A stretch of 32,000 nt of DNA from Candidatus Saccharimonadota bacterium (lineage in GTDB: Bacteria > Patescibacteriota > Microgenomatia > UBA1406 > GWC2-37-13): assembly GCA_001790095.1 (NCBI GenBank), contig MGBH01000001.1, forward strand, positions 120,001 to 152,000. Direction: 5' to 3'. The translations under genes were made by a program, and so were the position numbers. Each line of letters starts with the position of its first letter. Positions within the stretch are counted from its first letter, which is position 1. The notes beneath the pieces are model-generated. The model was not told the DNA's origin and did not search any database. It was given only the letters and a program-made list of their open reading frames with translations. This document shows, in pieces, positions 1 through 8,702 of the stretch.

Positions 1-13
1 TTAAATAGATAAT

Positions 14-412
14 ATGTTTATAAAACTTTATCTTATTGCTCTACCTGTATTTTTTGGAATCGATATGGTTTGGCTGACTTTGGTTGCCAAGAATTTTTAT
101 ACTAAAAAAATTGGATATTTGATGGCCAAAAATCCAAATCTCTTTGCCGCTTTCATTTTTTACCTTATTTTTATTGCTGGACTTGTCATTTTTGTCATAT
201 CTCCGGCTTTGGAAAAAAAGATGTGGTTATCAGCCTTACTTAATGGTGCTTTTTTTGGTCTTGTTACCTACGCGACATACGATCTCACTAATTTAGCAAC
301 GATAAAGGACTGGCCGGTTTTGGTAACAGTTATTGACTTGCTGTGGGGGATGTTTTTATCGGCAAGCGTTTCAGTTATTAGCTACCTCATTGCTACTAAA
401 ATTGGTTTATGA
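14..412 (+). CDS. DUF2177-family integral membrane protein
   Basis: 132-aa ORF with several hydrophobic helices. The pattern LYLIALPVFFGIDMVWL...TYATYDLTNLATIKDWP matches my recollection of DUF2177. Confidence 0.75.
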   Translation: MFIKLYLIALPVFFGIDMVWLTLVAKNFYTKKIGYLMAKNPNLFAAFIFYLIFIAGLVIFVISPALEKKMWLSALLNGAFFGLVTYATYDLTNLATIKDWPVLVTVIDLLWGMFLSASVSVISYLIATKIGL

Positions 413-440
413 GCTATTACTTGAGTCTTTCGATAAAACT

Positions 441-788
441 TTAATCCTTCTTGTCTAAAGAGTTAAAACAAAGACAATTCTTTTGTTTTAAAATATCAAC
501 CTGTTCATTTGGAGTATTTATTAAAACGTCTTGTTTTTTATTACCTGTTGCTTGGTGCACCGACAAATCACTTTTGTGATTATATCCCCTTCCGATAATC
601 TCTTTTACAAGTAGTTCGTGACGAATATAGAGAGCTTTTAATTTTCCAACCCAGCGCATGGTCTCAGGATGCTTTGAGTATCCTTTCTTCTTTTTTGTTA
701 TAACCGTCCAAACAGCGTGTAATTCACGGTGTTCGCCAAGTAAATGTTGATGACACAAAAGCGAGGGCGATATGTCCCAAATTCTCAT
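441..788 (-). CDS. pyrimidine dimer DNA glycosylase / endonuclease V-like (T4 DenV family)
   Basis: 115-aa ORF. N-terminal MRIWDISPSLLCHQHLLGEHRELH and the later HPETMRW motif resemble the Pyr_excise family. Confidence 0.65.
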   Translation of the reverse strand: MRIWDISPSLLCHQHLLGEHRELHAVWTVITKKKKGYSKHPETMRWVGKLKALYIRHELLVKEIIGRGYNHKSDLSVHQATGNKKQDVLINTPNEQVDILKQKNCLCFNSLDKKD

Positions 789-831
789 AAAGAAAAGTAT
801 TTAATTAATTAACAATCAATTTGTCTCTATA

Positions 832-2040
832 TTATTCATATCTCAAAGCATCGATTGGATTTAAGCTCGCCGCTTTGTGAGCAGGATACCAACCGAAGAA
901 AATACCGATGCTTACTGTAGTAAAGAATGAGAGAACATAGCTCCACCAGACAAGTACTACTGATACTTCTAAATTATTTAGCAAGAAATATACTCCAAAA
1001 GAGAGAATGCATCCAATGAGAAATCCAACAAGACTTAATATAAATGCTTCAAATAAGAATTGAAATAATATATATTCAGATTGTGCTCCAATTGCTTTTC
1101 GGATACCAATCTCCTTAGTTCTTTCGGTAACAGTAACATACATAATATTCATTATTCCGATTCCACCAACAAGTAAAACAACAATTCCAACCGATGCAAG
1201 TAGAACCGACATAGTACGTGATGAATTTACGGCTGCAGATACTGTTGTTCCCATATCTCGAACTCGAAAGTCATCATTCATTCCAGGTTTAAGTTTATGC
1301 GTTTCACGGAGTGACTTTGATATTTCATCAACTGCCTGGCTGATAAGTTTTACATCTTTAGCTTGTGCATTCATGTTAAATCGTCCATTGATACCTAGAA
1401 CATATCGATATGTCGAGGAATAGGGAGTAAAGATACTATCATCAATCGTTGTTGGTCCTACAGATCCACCTTTATATTCAAGAAGTCCTATTACCTCAAA
1501 TTCTTTTTTCCCCACCGTGATAGTTTTACCAATTACATCAGCATTTCTGTTGCCAAATAATTCTTCTGCAACAATGGCTCCAATTACCGCCACTTTTTCG
1601 TGGGTGTCATTCTCTTCTTCAGTGAAAAACCTTCCCTTAGTAAGCTTGAGACTTGCAAGTTGTTGAATATTTGGAGTTGTTCCAAGAACCGACAAGTTAC
1701 TTGATTGTCCATCATATTGAATTTGGACTCTTCCCGACAATTGAGGAATTGCTGTTTCAATAGAGGGAAGTTGTTTAATTGGTTCAACATCAGTATAACT
1801 TAATTTTGAAGCTGCTCCATCCACAGTCGAAGGCGCGTTTATAAGAATGGTCGTAACGCTCATACTTGAGTATTGTTGTTCAATATTCTTTTTTGCTCCT
1901 TCACCAAGAGCTACGACTATAATGATAGTAAGTGAGCCAATAATAATACCAAGAGTGGTAAGGAACGAACGCATAGGATTTGCCATTAATGCATTCCAAG
2001 AGAGTCGGAATAATTTTCTAACAACAGTTATATTATTCAT
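832..2040 (-). CDS. ABC transporter permease, MacB/FtsX type
   Basis: 402 aa. N-terminal TM helix, large periplasmic MacB-like domain, and C-terminal FtsX 4-TM block (ERTKEIGIRKAIGA motif). Overlaps the upstream ATPase gene by 8 nt. Confidence 0.9.
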   Translation of the reverse strand: MNNITVVRKLFRLSWNALMANPMRSFLTTLGIIIGSLTIIIVVALGEGAKKNIEQQYSSMSVTTILINAPSTVDGAASKLSYTDVEPIKQLPSIETAIPQLSGRVQIQYDGQSSNLSVLGTTPNIQQLASLKLTKGRFFTEEENDTHEKVAVIGAIVAEELFGNRNADVIGKTITVGKKEFEVIGLLEYKGGSVGPTTIDDSIFTPYSSTYRYVLGINGRFNMNAQAKDVKLISQAVDEISKSLRETHKLKPGMNDDFRVRDMGTTVSAAVNSSRTMSVLLASVGIVVLLVGGIGIMNIMYVTVTERTKEIGIRKAIGAQSEYILFQFLFEAFILSLVGFLIGCILSFGVYFLLNNLEVSVVLVWWSYVLSFFTTVSIGIFFGWYPAHKAASLNPIDALRYE

Positions 2041-2704
2041 GTACTATTTTTCCATCCTGCAAATGGATAATACTATGTGCTCGTTTAGCTATTAAAGGGT
2101 CATGGGTAACCATGAGGATTGTTTTACCCTGCTTCGTATTGAGATCAACGATAAGATCCATTATTTCTTTTCCTGTTTTACTGTCCAATGCGCCTGTTGG
2201 CTCATCGGCTAAAAGAAATGATGGATTATTCATTAGTGCGCGCGCTATTGCAACTCGCTGTTTTTGACCACCGGAGAGTTCATTTGGTTTGAACGCTGAT
2301 CGATCTGAAAGTCCCATCGATTCTAGCAATTCTTTTGCTCTTTTATAATTCTCTTTTCCTAAATAAAACGAAGGAAGAAGGACATTATCTATTACTGAGA
2401 GTGAGGAAATAAGGTTAAAGTTTTGAAATATAAATCCAATATGAATATTGCGTATTACAGCAAGTTCTCGTTCTGAAAGTCTTGAGACATTTTTGTCTTC
2501 AAGGATATATGACCCTGAGGAAGGGGAATCAAGGCATCCAATAATATTAAGAAGTGTTGATTTGCCACTTCCTGATGGGCCCATGATAGCAACAAAATCT
2601 CCTCTTTTTATTTCGATATCAAGACTTTTTAGGATATGATAGGTCTCTGACTTTATTTGATATGACTTCACAATCTTTTTGAGTGAAAGGAGAGTATTAG
2701 TCAT
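2033..2704 (-). CDS. ABC transporter ATP-binding protein (MacB/LolD-like)
   Basis: Walker A GPSGSGKST, signature LSGGQKQR, Walker B LLADEPTGALD, H-loop THD. Confidence 0.95.
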   Translation of the reverse strand: MTNTLLSLKKIVKSYQIKSETYHILKSLDIEIKRGDFVAIMGPSGSGKSTLLNIIGCLDSPSSGSYILEDKNVSRLSERELAVIRNIHIGFIFQNFNLISSLSVIDNVLLPSFYLGKENYKRAKELLESMGLSDRSAFKPNELSGGQKQRVAIARALMNNPSFLLADEPTGALDSKTGKEIMDLIVDLNTKQGKTILMVTHDPLIAKRAHSIIHLQDGKIVHE

Positions 2705-3708
2705 GGGATAATGACAGTGTCGCCTAGATTTAATCCAGAAGATACCTCAACCTCTTTTCCATCCGTAAATCCCGTTTCGATTACAACCTCTTTTACCTTA
2801 TTATCTTCAAGCTTTGCGGCATAATTTATATTATTTTTCCGATATACGGCACTATTTGGAATAATAAGAATTCCTGATTTTTCTTTTGTAATAAATTGTA
2901 TTTGTCCTGCCATTCCGTCTAGAAGCGAGTATTCTTTTTGATCAGAAATCAAAGCTCGAACTTTATAACTGGAAAGACCGTTTTGATCTACGGTTGCAAG
3001 ATTGGAAATAAACTCTACTTGTGAAGGAAAAGTAATATTTTGAATCGCATCCACTTTCACAACTGTTTTTTGATCTTTATCAATTTTTAAAATATCTGTG
3101 TCTTCTGCATAAGACTCAAATGCAATGGAGCCTGGTTTGGTTATGGTTATTACAACTCCACCGTTTTGTGTATTTGTTGCTTCTCCTTCTTTTATATTTA
3201 TAGCTGACACTATTCCGTCAATAGGTGAATATAAATATGACTCTTTAAGCGCTATGTTTTTTATTTCTACATCAAGAACGGATTTATCAAGAGTGTACTG
3301 AGTATTCTCAAGAGCGCGTTTCATCGTGTCATTCAAAGCTCCTGCAGGATATGTTACCTGTCCAGTCTGATCAAAGGTATTACGTGTAATTAAATAATCT
3401 TTTAAAGTTTTTTCTAAGTTCTTTTGAACATCTTGCGTATCAAGTGCCATTAAATATTGCCATTTCTTAATCTCTTGTCCTTCTTTAACTCCGATATCCG
3501 CTACTTTTCCACTTACAGTAAACTTAAGATCTCGTCTTTCAACTGCAGTTTTCCCATCGATAGAGAACGCAATTTTTAGCCCACCTCTTCTGACGGTTGT
3601 AGTTTTTATCTCTTTTTTACTTGTCACATTTTGTTTTCCGAATATGTAAAAACTTATTCCAAAGAGAACAAGAAGAGCTCCTAGTATAAATAATGTTTTT
3701 TTATTCAC
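2701..3708 (-). CDS. HlyD/membrane-fusion-family periplasmic adaptor
   Basis: 335 aa. N-terminal anchor helix, biotinyl-lipoyl-like and beta-barrel segments. ATGA overlap with the downstream ATPase gene; classic MacA position. Confidence 0.8.
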   Translation of the reverse strand: MNKKTLFILGALLVLFGISFYIFGKQNVTSKKEIKTTTVRRGGLKIAFSIDGKTAVERRDLKFTVSGKVADIGVKEGQEIKKWQYLMALDTQDVQKNLEKTLKDYLITRNTFDQTGQVTYPAGALNDTMKRALENTQYTLDKSVLDVEIKNIALKESYLYSPIDGIVSAINIKEGEATNTQNGGVVITITKPGSIAFESYAEDTDILKIDKDQKTVVKVDAIQNITFPSQVEFISNLATVDQNGLSSYKVRALISDQKEYSLLDGMAGQIQFITKEKSGILIIPNSAVYRKNNINYAAKLEDNKVKEVVIETGFTDGKEVEVSSGLNLGDTVIIP

Positions 3709-3711
3709 AGA

Positions 3712-4197
3712 TTATTGGGTAGAAACACCTTTTAACTTTACAAATTCAATCTTATCACCCGCTTTCCATATAGAAACATAAACACCCTTCGTAATTTCTG
3801 ACATTTCAGCCTTTATATTAGTTCCATCAGCTGCTCCTGATCCCTTTACTATTCCAATACCTACAGGAATAGTTATATTCACTGCTTTTTTTGTAAGATT
3901 CGCTGATTCTTGGGCTTTAAGAGCTTGTCTTTCCTCTTGAGTCAACTTCTGTCTTCGAGCGCGTTCTTCTTCCGTTATTTCTTTAACCCCAATTTCATTC
4001 GCAATAGTGACTTCATTGCCTTGGATACTCGTGACATAACCGTTTATCTCAGCAAGCCTTACTGGGGAAACAAGGGATTGGCTTGATATAGGTGGTGCTA
4101 CTATTTCAGAGTCTTTTTTCGTCGAATTTTTATAAAAAAAGATCACTCCTCCAACCACTGCAGCGATTATTAATCCTAAAATAATATTTTTCATCAA
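3712..4197 (-). CDS. membrane-anchored hypothetical protein, first gene of the ABC exporter operon
   Basis: 161-aa ORF with one N-terminal TM helix. Its stop lies 3 nt before the HlyD start. No family recognised. Confidence 0.55.
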   Translation of the reverse strand: MMKNIILGLIIAAVVGGVIFFYKNSTKKDSEIVAPPISSQSLVSPVRLAEINGYVTSIQGNEVTIANEIGVKEITEEERARRQKLTQEERQALKAQESANLTKKAVNITIPVGIGIVKGSGAADGTNIKAEMSEITKGVYVSIWKAGDKIEFVKLKGVSTQ

Positions 4198-4204
4198 ATG
4201 AATT

Positions 4205-4223
4205 TACGTATTTATAATACGTA
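4205..4223. promoter_or_regulatory. 8-3-8 inverted repeat TACGTATT-TAT-AATACGTA upstream of the ABC exporter operon
   Basis: Perfect arms read directly from the sequence. Lies 8 nt upstream of the 3712..4197 start and overlaps an AT-rich -10-like TATAAA/TATTAT on the minus strand. Confidence 0.4.
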
Positions 4224-4279
4224 TTAATACAAGTAGAATCTTAAATTATTACAAACAACCCAATTAAACAGTTACCTTT

Positions 4280-4978
4280 TTATCTTGCGAAGAACTTAAA
4301 CATCCATCCGAACATGCTTTTTGTTTTTTCCTCTGTATTTATTTGGTTTTGTAGAGCTGTATTTTGTTCAATTAGACTTTGTATTGTTGCTTGAACCATT
4401 ACTACATCTTCTTGATTAATAAGCTGTGTTTGTATTTGTTCAAGTTGAGTGATCCTAAGCTGGTTCATAGCAAGTTGAGCTTTTAGGGTCTTGATTGCAG
4501 AGTAATCTGTTCCTAATAATAATTTTTTTAGTGCTCCTCTTGAATTTAGTTTATCAACATTTTGTTTAATTACACTTTGTGCAATTGATTGTTCTTGTGC
4601 AATTTGTCTCACTTGCTCGCCTAGACCTCCTTCTTCACGAATCTGCTGGAGTTCTTGGACTTTTTTTGCAACTTCGCTCATATGTTCAACTGCATTTTGA
4701 TTTCGGTTTTGAGAATTGATTCCTTTTCCTTCATCTGTTCCTGTTTGTTCCTGCTCTTGAGTCTGTATCTGCAGTTGTTGATCTTCCCCTTGGTTTTGTG
4801 TTTGCACTTGATTCTGGTTTTGAACCTGCAAGCCTGTTGGTGTGGAAGAAATCATGAGTTGTTGTTGATTTTGCTGGCCTGTGTTTGTTTCAGCCGGTCT
4901 TCCATAGCTGTTTTGTGCAGCATGGACTGACACTGCGGAAAGAGTAGCAAACGTTAAGACGATCATCATTTTTTTCAT
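4280..4978 (-). CDS. secreted Q/N-rich coiled-coil protein (hypothetical)
   Basis: 232 aa. Signal-peptide-like N-terminus MKKMMIVLTFATLSAVSVHA, a Q-rich low-complexity block, then heptad-like helical sequence. Confidence 0.6.
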   Translation of the reverse strand: MKKMMIVLTFATLSAVSVHAAQNSYGRPAETNTGQQNQQQLMISSTPTGLQVQNQNQVQTQNQGEDQQLQIQTQEQEQTGTDEGKGINSQNRNQNAVEHMSEVAKKVQELQQIREEGGLGEQVRQIAQEQSIAQSVIKQNVDKLNSRGALKKLLLGTDYSAIKTLKAQLAMNQLRITQLEQIQTQLINQEDVVMVQATIQSLIEQNTALQNQINTEEKTKSMFGWMFKFFAR

Positions 4979-5084
4979 ATTTTAAATAAACTAACTAATA
5001 ATTAATTTTAAAAATTTAATGTCTAATATACTAATAGTATAGTATATTATTGCTTTTTTAACTCTGGTTGTTTTTTTCAGACCA

Positions 5085-6200
5085 TTACACACGCAACCAT
5101 TTTTTATTACTGGCTACAAAAGTTGCAATAAATGTTGTAATAGGAACCGAAAGTACAAGGCCGATGCTTCCCACAAGAGTTCTTATAATCTCATCAGCAA
5201 TTATTTCATAATTTATTATTTCTAAAAAAGGGCGTGGATTGTTAATAAACAGAAGAAGAAGGGGTAATCCTGCGCCTGTATAAACTAAAATCAGTGTATT
5301 GACCATTGAGGAAATATGGTCCTGTCCAACACTCATTGCCCGTTTATAAAGATCGTCAGCATTTAGTCTGTTATTTGCTTCTTTGAGTTGAAAAACAATG
5401 GCTGACTGGGAAATTGTGATATCATCAAGTACGCCCAATACACCAATTATAATACCTGCAAGAAGAAGTCCTTTCATGTCAATGGCTCCTTGTTTGGCTA
5501 TCTGCAAGAAACCCGCTTCCTCAGAAGCAAAACCAGTCAAGTGAGCTGCCTCAACGAAAATATTGGAAAGTATTCCTGTTATAAGTAGAGCTATAAGTGT
5601 TCCTCCAATTGCCACAAATGTTTTTTTATTCAATCCATGGGAAAGAAAAAATGACACGGGAATTATGATAAGCGACCCTAGGATTGCAGCGCTAACAGGA
5701 TCAGCTCCCGATGAGATTTGAGGGAGGATAATAAAAAAAATGACAAGAAACGATATACCCATACCAATCAGAGACGTGAGCCCCCGTGTTTTGGCAACGG
5801 CGACGGTCAGAACAACAAATATTAAAAACAATACAAGTAAAGAGTCCCTTCTTATATAATCGGAGATATAGTAGCTTTTTTTTCCATCAAGACCTTCACT
5901 TATTGAGATCATTACTTTATCATCAAGCTGATATTTCTGCTGACTTGCAAGAGGTATATTGCCGTTTTTAATAATGATTTTTTGCCCCATAAGTGTTCCC
6001 TTGGTAATCTCAAGCTCTAGTTTCTGGAATAGTTGTTTCTTTTGCATCACCTCAATCTGTTTTTCTTCAATTACCTTACTGACAACTGCCTCAAGTATCT
6101 CTTGTTTGGGTGGAGTATTAACAACCTCGGTTTGCGCAAAAACTGTTGAACTACAGAAAAAGACAATGAAAAACAGTAATATCAAAAATATTTTTTTCAT
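5085..6200 (-). CDS. YibE/F-family membrane protein
   Basis: Start moved to the internal MKKIFLILLFF (ATG at 6200..6198), which overlaps the upstream stop by 1 nt; the longer track ORF would run into the upstream gene. Signal/anchor, soluble domain, then a multi-TM block with GVLDDITISQSA...GQDHISSMVNTL typical of YibE/F. Confidence 0.75.
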   Translation of the reverse strand: MKKIFLILLFFIVFFCSSTVFAQTEVVNTPPKQEILEAVVSKVIEEKQIEVMQKKQLFQKLELEITKGTLMGQKIIIKNGNIPLASQQKYQLDDKVMISISEGLDGKKSYYISDYIRRDSLLVLFLIFVVLTVAVAKTRGLTSLIGMGISFLVIFFIILPQISSGADPVSAAILGSLIIIPVSFFLSHGLNKKTFVAIGGTLIALLITGILSNIFVEAAHLTGFASEEAGFLQIAKQGAIDMKGLLLAGIIIGVLGVLDDITISQSAIVFQLKEANNRLNADDLYKRAMSVGQDHISSMVNTLILVYTGAGLPLLLLFINNPRPFLEIINYEIIADEIIRTLVGSIGLVLSVPITTFIATFVASNKKWLRV

Positions 6201-7354
6201 TATAAAATCCCAAAAAGATAATAAAACCCTAAAGAAAACATAATTATGCTTTCTGCCAACGTGATCCAAGTAATAAATTTGGGAGAAGCTAACCATAATT
6301 TCATAGTAAAAAAAGCAATAAGAAAAATCAGTAGTTCATCAAACATGTAGAAAAGGACATAGAGAATAATATAAAAAATGTATAGCCATCCTGGGAGCTG
6401 AGCTTTAGTTAATATACCTGCAAAGGTAACAGGAACCGCAGCTGAACAAGGGAACTCAACAACAGTAATAACTAAGGCAAATAGTAATATTGAAATGAGA
6501 ATAGTTATAGTCTTTGCTTTATTATCCAAAAGAGATTGGAATTTTTTGGCAAACCCATTTTCAATTTTTTGAGCAGGGCCAATACTACATGTTGGTCCTT
6601 GTTTTTTAAATTTAATAAACTCTCTTAAAAAATAGATTCCTCCTCCAACAGTTAAAATACCAATTAGTAACTCCATTTGCCGAAGATAAGGAGTAATGAG
6701 ATTAAAAAGTTGGTACCAGAAAAAAATCAGTAATCCATAAATAAAAGCAGTAGTAAAAATAAAAGTACCGCCGAACACAAGCGTTTTGAATCGTGATTTT
6801 AGAGCCAATACCAGAGCAAGTATGATAAACAATGCACCCAATGAGCAGACATTAAATCCATCCATGATCCCAAGCAGAATAGCGATAACAGGTAAAGCGA
6901 ACTTACTTGGGTCAACTTTGCCGATTACGGGTATATAAATATTATTGTTTGTAGAACAATCTTTTTGATCGGTGGTTTCTGTTTTTAATTCTGTGTCAAC
7001 AATACATTGATTTATTTTCTTTTCTATTTCTTCGTTAAAACCAACAAAATATTGTTTATCAATAAATATCACCGGTACTAATCCTTGAGATTGGGCAGGT
7101 ACTTTGTATCTTTCATAAAATTTAAGCAATTGATGACTATTTTGAGAAACCTCATATTGGTCTAAAGTCAACTGAGGATAATCTCTTTTTAAATTCGCCA
7201 AAAATTCTTTTGCTTTTGCACAGTGAGGACAGGTTAAGCTATAAAAAAAATTAATTTGGATTGTTTGAGCAGAAAAGACACTGTTTTTAATAAAAAAAAT
7301 AAAAACTATATAAAATAGAAGGAAAATAGAAAATTTAATGGAGATATGTTTCAT
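6200..7354 (-). CDS. thioredoxin/glutaredoxin-fold (CPHC) domain fused to a CcdA/DsbD-like multi-TM domain
   Basis: 384 aa. N-terminal anchor, FFYSLTCPHCAKAKEF Trx-fold motif, then about 6 TM helices with membrane-embedded Cys (FNVCSLGA, EFPCSAAVP). ATGA overlap with the DUF134 gene. Confidence 0.7.
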   Translation of the reverse strand: MKHISIKFSIFLLFYIVFIFFIKNSVFSAQTIQINFFYSLTCPHCAKAKEFLANLKRDYPQLTLDQYEVSQNSHQLLKFYERYKVPAQSQGLVPVIFIDKQYFVGFNEEIEKKINQCIVDTELKTETTDQKDCSTNNNIYIPVIGKVDPSKFALPVIAILLGIMDGFNVCSLGALFIILALVLALKSRFKTLVFGGTFIFTTAFIYGLLIFFWYQLFNLITPYLRQMELLIGILTVGGGIYFLREFIKFKKQGPTCSIGPAQKIENGFAKKFQSLLDNKAKTITILISILLFALVITVVEFPCSAAVPVTFAGILTKAQLPGWLYIFYIILYVLFYMFDELLIFLIAFFTMKLWLASPKFITWITLAESIIMFSLGFYYLFGIL

Positions 7355-7626
7355 TTTTTTTCAAGCCTAATTGCCTTACCTTTGATAATTGCTAAGGCGG
7401 TCTTTTTTATAGCACTGTCCAGAACTCTTGCAAATGTCGGTTGAGAAATCTTCATCTTTTCCGCTGCTCTTTTTTGATCCAATCCATCGACCTCATATAG
7501 TTTCAGCGCTTCTAATTCGTCAGGCAATAAAACAACCTCCTCAAGATGTTTTAAAGGTATTCCTTGAGGTTTGAAATAAGAAACATTTGGATGAAAACGT
7601 AAACATCGTCTGATTTTCGGTCTCAT
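7351..7626 (-). CDS. DUF134 (UPF0251) putative DNA-binding protein
   Basis: 91 aa. RRCLRFHPNVSYFKPQGIPL...LLPDELEALKLYEVDGLDQKRAAEKMKISQPTFARVL matches the DUF134 HTH pattern. Confidence 0.85.
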   Translation of the reverse strand: MRPKIRRCLRFHPNVSYFKPQGIPLKHLEEVVLLPDELEALKLYEVDGLDQKRAAEKMKISQPTFARVLDSAIKKTALAIIKGKAIRLEKK

Positions 7627-7649
7627 ATATATTTTGGTAAAATTAGTAA

Positions 7650-7697
7650 AGTCCCTGCCTAGTCTAAAGCGTCTTAATTCATGACTAAGCAGGGACT
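7650..7697 (-). terminator. 15-bp-stem hairpin (1 mismatch) between the DUF5320 and DUF134 genes; candidate attenuator/terminator
   Basis: AGTCCCTGCCTAGTC (7650..7664) pairs with GACTAAGCAGGGACT (7683..7697) around an 18-nt loop. In minus sense it is followed by TTTACTAATTTTACC. Confidence 0.45.
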
Positions 7698-7709
7698 CTT
7701 AATAGAGCA

Positions 7710-7955
7710 TTAGTTTTTATCGGCTTCATTTAATTCTTTATCTATATCTTCTAATTCTTCCTGAAGAGCTTTTTTATAGTCTTTAATATCTTCTTTAGAC
7801 CAAGCTTGAGCTCCACAATAGAATCGATTAAGGCCTCTTCGCATACCTCTTCCAAAACCCTGTCCTAAACCTCTACTTTTTCCTCCGCATCGACCCATAC
7901 CTCGTCCTGTCATTGATCCGGTTCCTGTTGGTCCTGTTCCATCAAATGCTGGCAT
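7710..7955 (-). CDS. DUF5320-family small protein
   Basis: 81 aa. Gly-rich N-terminus MPAFDGTGPTGTGSMTGRGMGRCGG and coiled C-terminus. Strong SD (GGGGGTGAA) upstream; usual partner of DUF134. Confidence 0.8.
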   Translation of the reverse strand: MPAFDGTGPTGTGSMTGRGMGRCGGKSRGLGQGFGRGMRRGLNRFYCGAQAWSKEDIKDYKKALQEELEDIDKELNEADKN

Positions 7956-7996
7956 AGTTTATTCACCCCCGAATCTAGTATAACTAATAATATAGT

Positions 7997-8014
7997 AATG
8001 AATACGTATTCATT
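7997..8014. promoter_or_regulatory. perfect 18-bp palindrome AATGAATACGTATTCATT in the divergent intergenic region (candidate operator)
   Basis: Read directly from the sequence. The TGAAT...ATTCA arms resemble ArsR/SmtB-type operators. Sits between the divergent DUF5320 and ArsR operons. Confidence 0.5.
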
Positions 8015-8063
8015 ATAATATTTAAAGTGTGGTTTTGTCAAGTAGAAAATTGGTCATCTTTCA

Positions 8064-8092
8064 TTGACACCTACTGAATTGACTGTTAAACT
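8064..8092 (+). promoter_or_regulatory. sigma70-like promoter TTGACA-N17-TAAACT for the ArsR operon
   Basis: -35 at 8064..8069 and -10 at 8087..8092. The -10 ends 2 nt before the first ATG (8095) and 8 nt before the second (8101), so the transcript may be leaderless from 8101. Confidence 0.4.
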
Positions 8093-8094
8093 AT

Positions 8095-8403
8095 ATGAAT
8101 ATGAGTTCATATGGCTGTTGCTCGACATTTACTAAAGAATCAAAACAAGTTGCATCTTTATCTTCTCTACTAAAGCTTGTTTCTGAAGAAAGTAGACTAA
8201 GATTGCTTTGTGTTTTGCAGAAAGGCGAACACTGTGTCCGTGAGATGATGGAGCATGTTGGTTTTTCTCAAAGTCTTATTTCCCATCATTTAAAAGATCT
8301 AAAAGATGCAGGAATAGTTGAAGATAAAAAGAAAGGACTTCGTGTTTATTATTCATTAACAAAAAAAGGTGAACATATTATAAATTTATTATTCAAAATA
8401 TGA
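8095..8403 (+). CDS. ArsR/SmtB-family metal(loid)-responsive transcriptional repressor
   Basis: 102 aa. Winged-HTH pattern LLKLVSEESRLRLLCVLQKGEHCVREM...SQSLISHHLKDLKDAGIV, plus an N-terminal Cys pair (YGCC). The true start may be 8101. Confidence 0.9.
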   Translation: MNMSSYGCCSTFTKESKQVASLSSLLKLVSEESRLRLLCVLQKGEHCVREMMEHVGFSQSLISHHLKDLKDAGIVEDKKKGLRVYYSLTKKGEHIINLLFKI

Positions 8404-8696
8404 AAATTCAAGTCTTAGGAAGCGGATGCCCGACCTGCAAGAAGTTATATGAGATCACCCAGAAAGCAGTAGGGGAGATGGGGTTAAAGGAAAAAGTAGA
8501 ATATCTCAGTGGTGCGGAAGGCATGCAGGCATTAATTGAGATTGGTTCTATGACAAGTCCTGTTTTAGCGGTCAATGGAACCGTCGTAATGACAGGATTC
8601 ACTCAAGATATGGATAAAATAAAGAAGGTAATTAATAAAGGAATGAAGGTAAAAAATGAAACTTCCAAGTGCGGTTGTGGGGGAGGATGTTGCTAA
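8400..8696 (+). CDS. redox-active disulfide protein 2 (Thioredoxin_3 family) with Cys-rich C-terminal tail
   Basis: MKIQVLGSGCPTCKKLYE... is the canonical family N-terminus. An extra tail ends KCGCGGGCC. ATGA overlap with arsR. Confidence 0.85.
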   Translation: MKIQVLGSGCPTCKKLYEITQKAVGEMGLKEKVEYLSGAEGMQALIEIGSMTSPVLAVNGTVVMTGFTQDMDKIKKVINKGMKVKNETSKCGCGGGCC

Positions 8697-8702
8697 TATC
8701 AT

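Noticed and set aside
4700-4870. Apparent DNA tandem repeat (CAG/CAA-rich) in 4280..4978
   Set aside because: It is coding low complexity for a Q/N-rich segment of a secreted protein, and there is no exact unit periodicity.
5027-5041. 7-1-7 palindrome TATACTA-A-TAGTATA upstream of the Q-rich protein gene
   Set aside because: Pure A/T-rich palindromes of this length are expected by chance in about 100 nt of nearly all-AT spacer, and nothing else supports a function.
6201-6296. N-terminal 32-codon extension of the YibE/F ORF (track 5085..6296)
   Set aside because: It would overlap the upstream gene by 97 nt. The internal MKKIFLILLFF is a normal signal/anchor start that overlaps the upstream stop by 1 nt.
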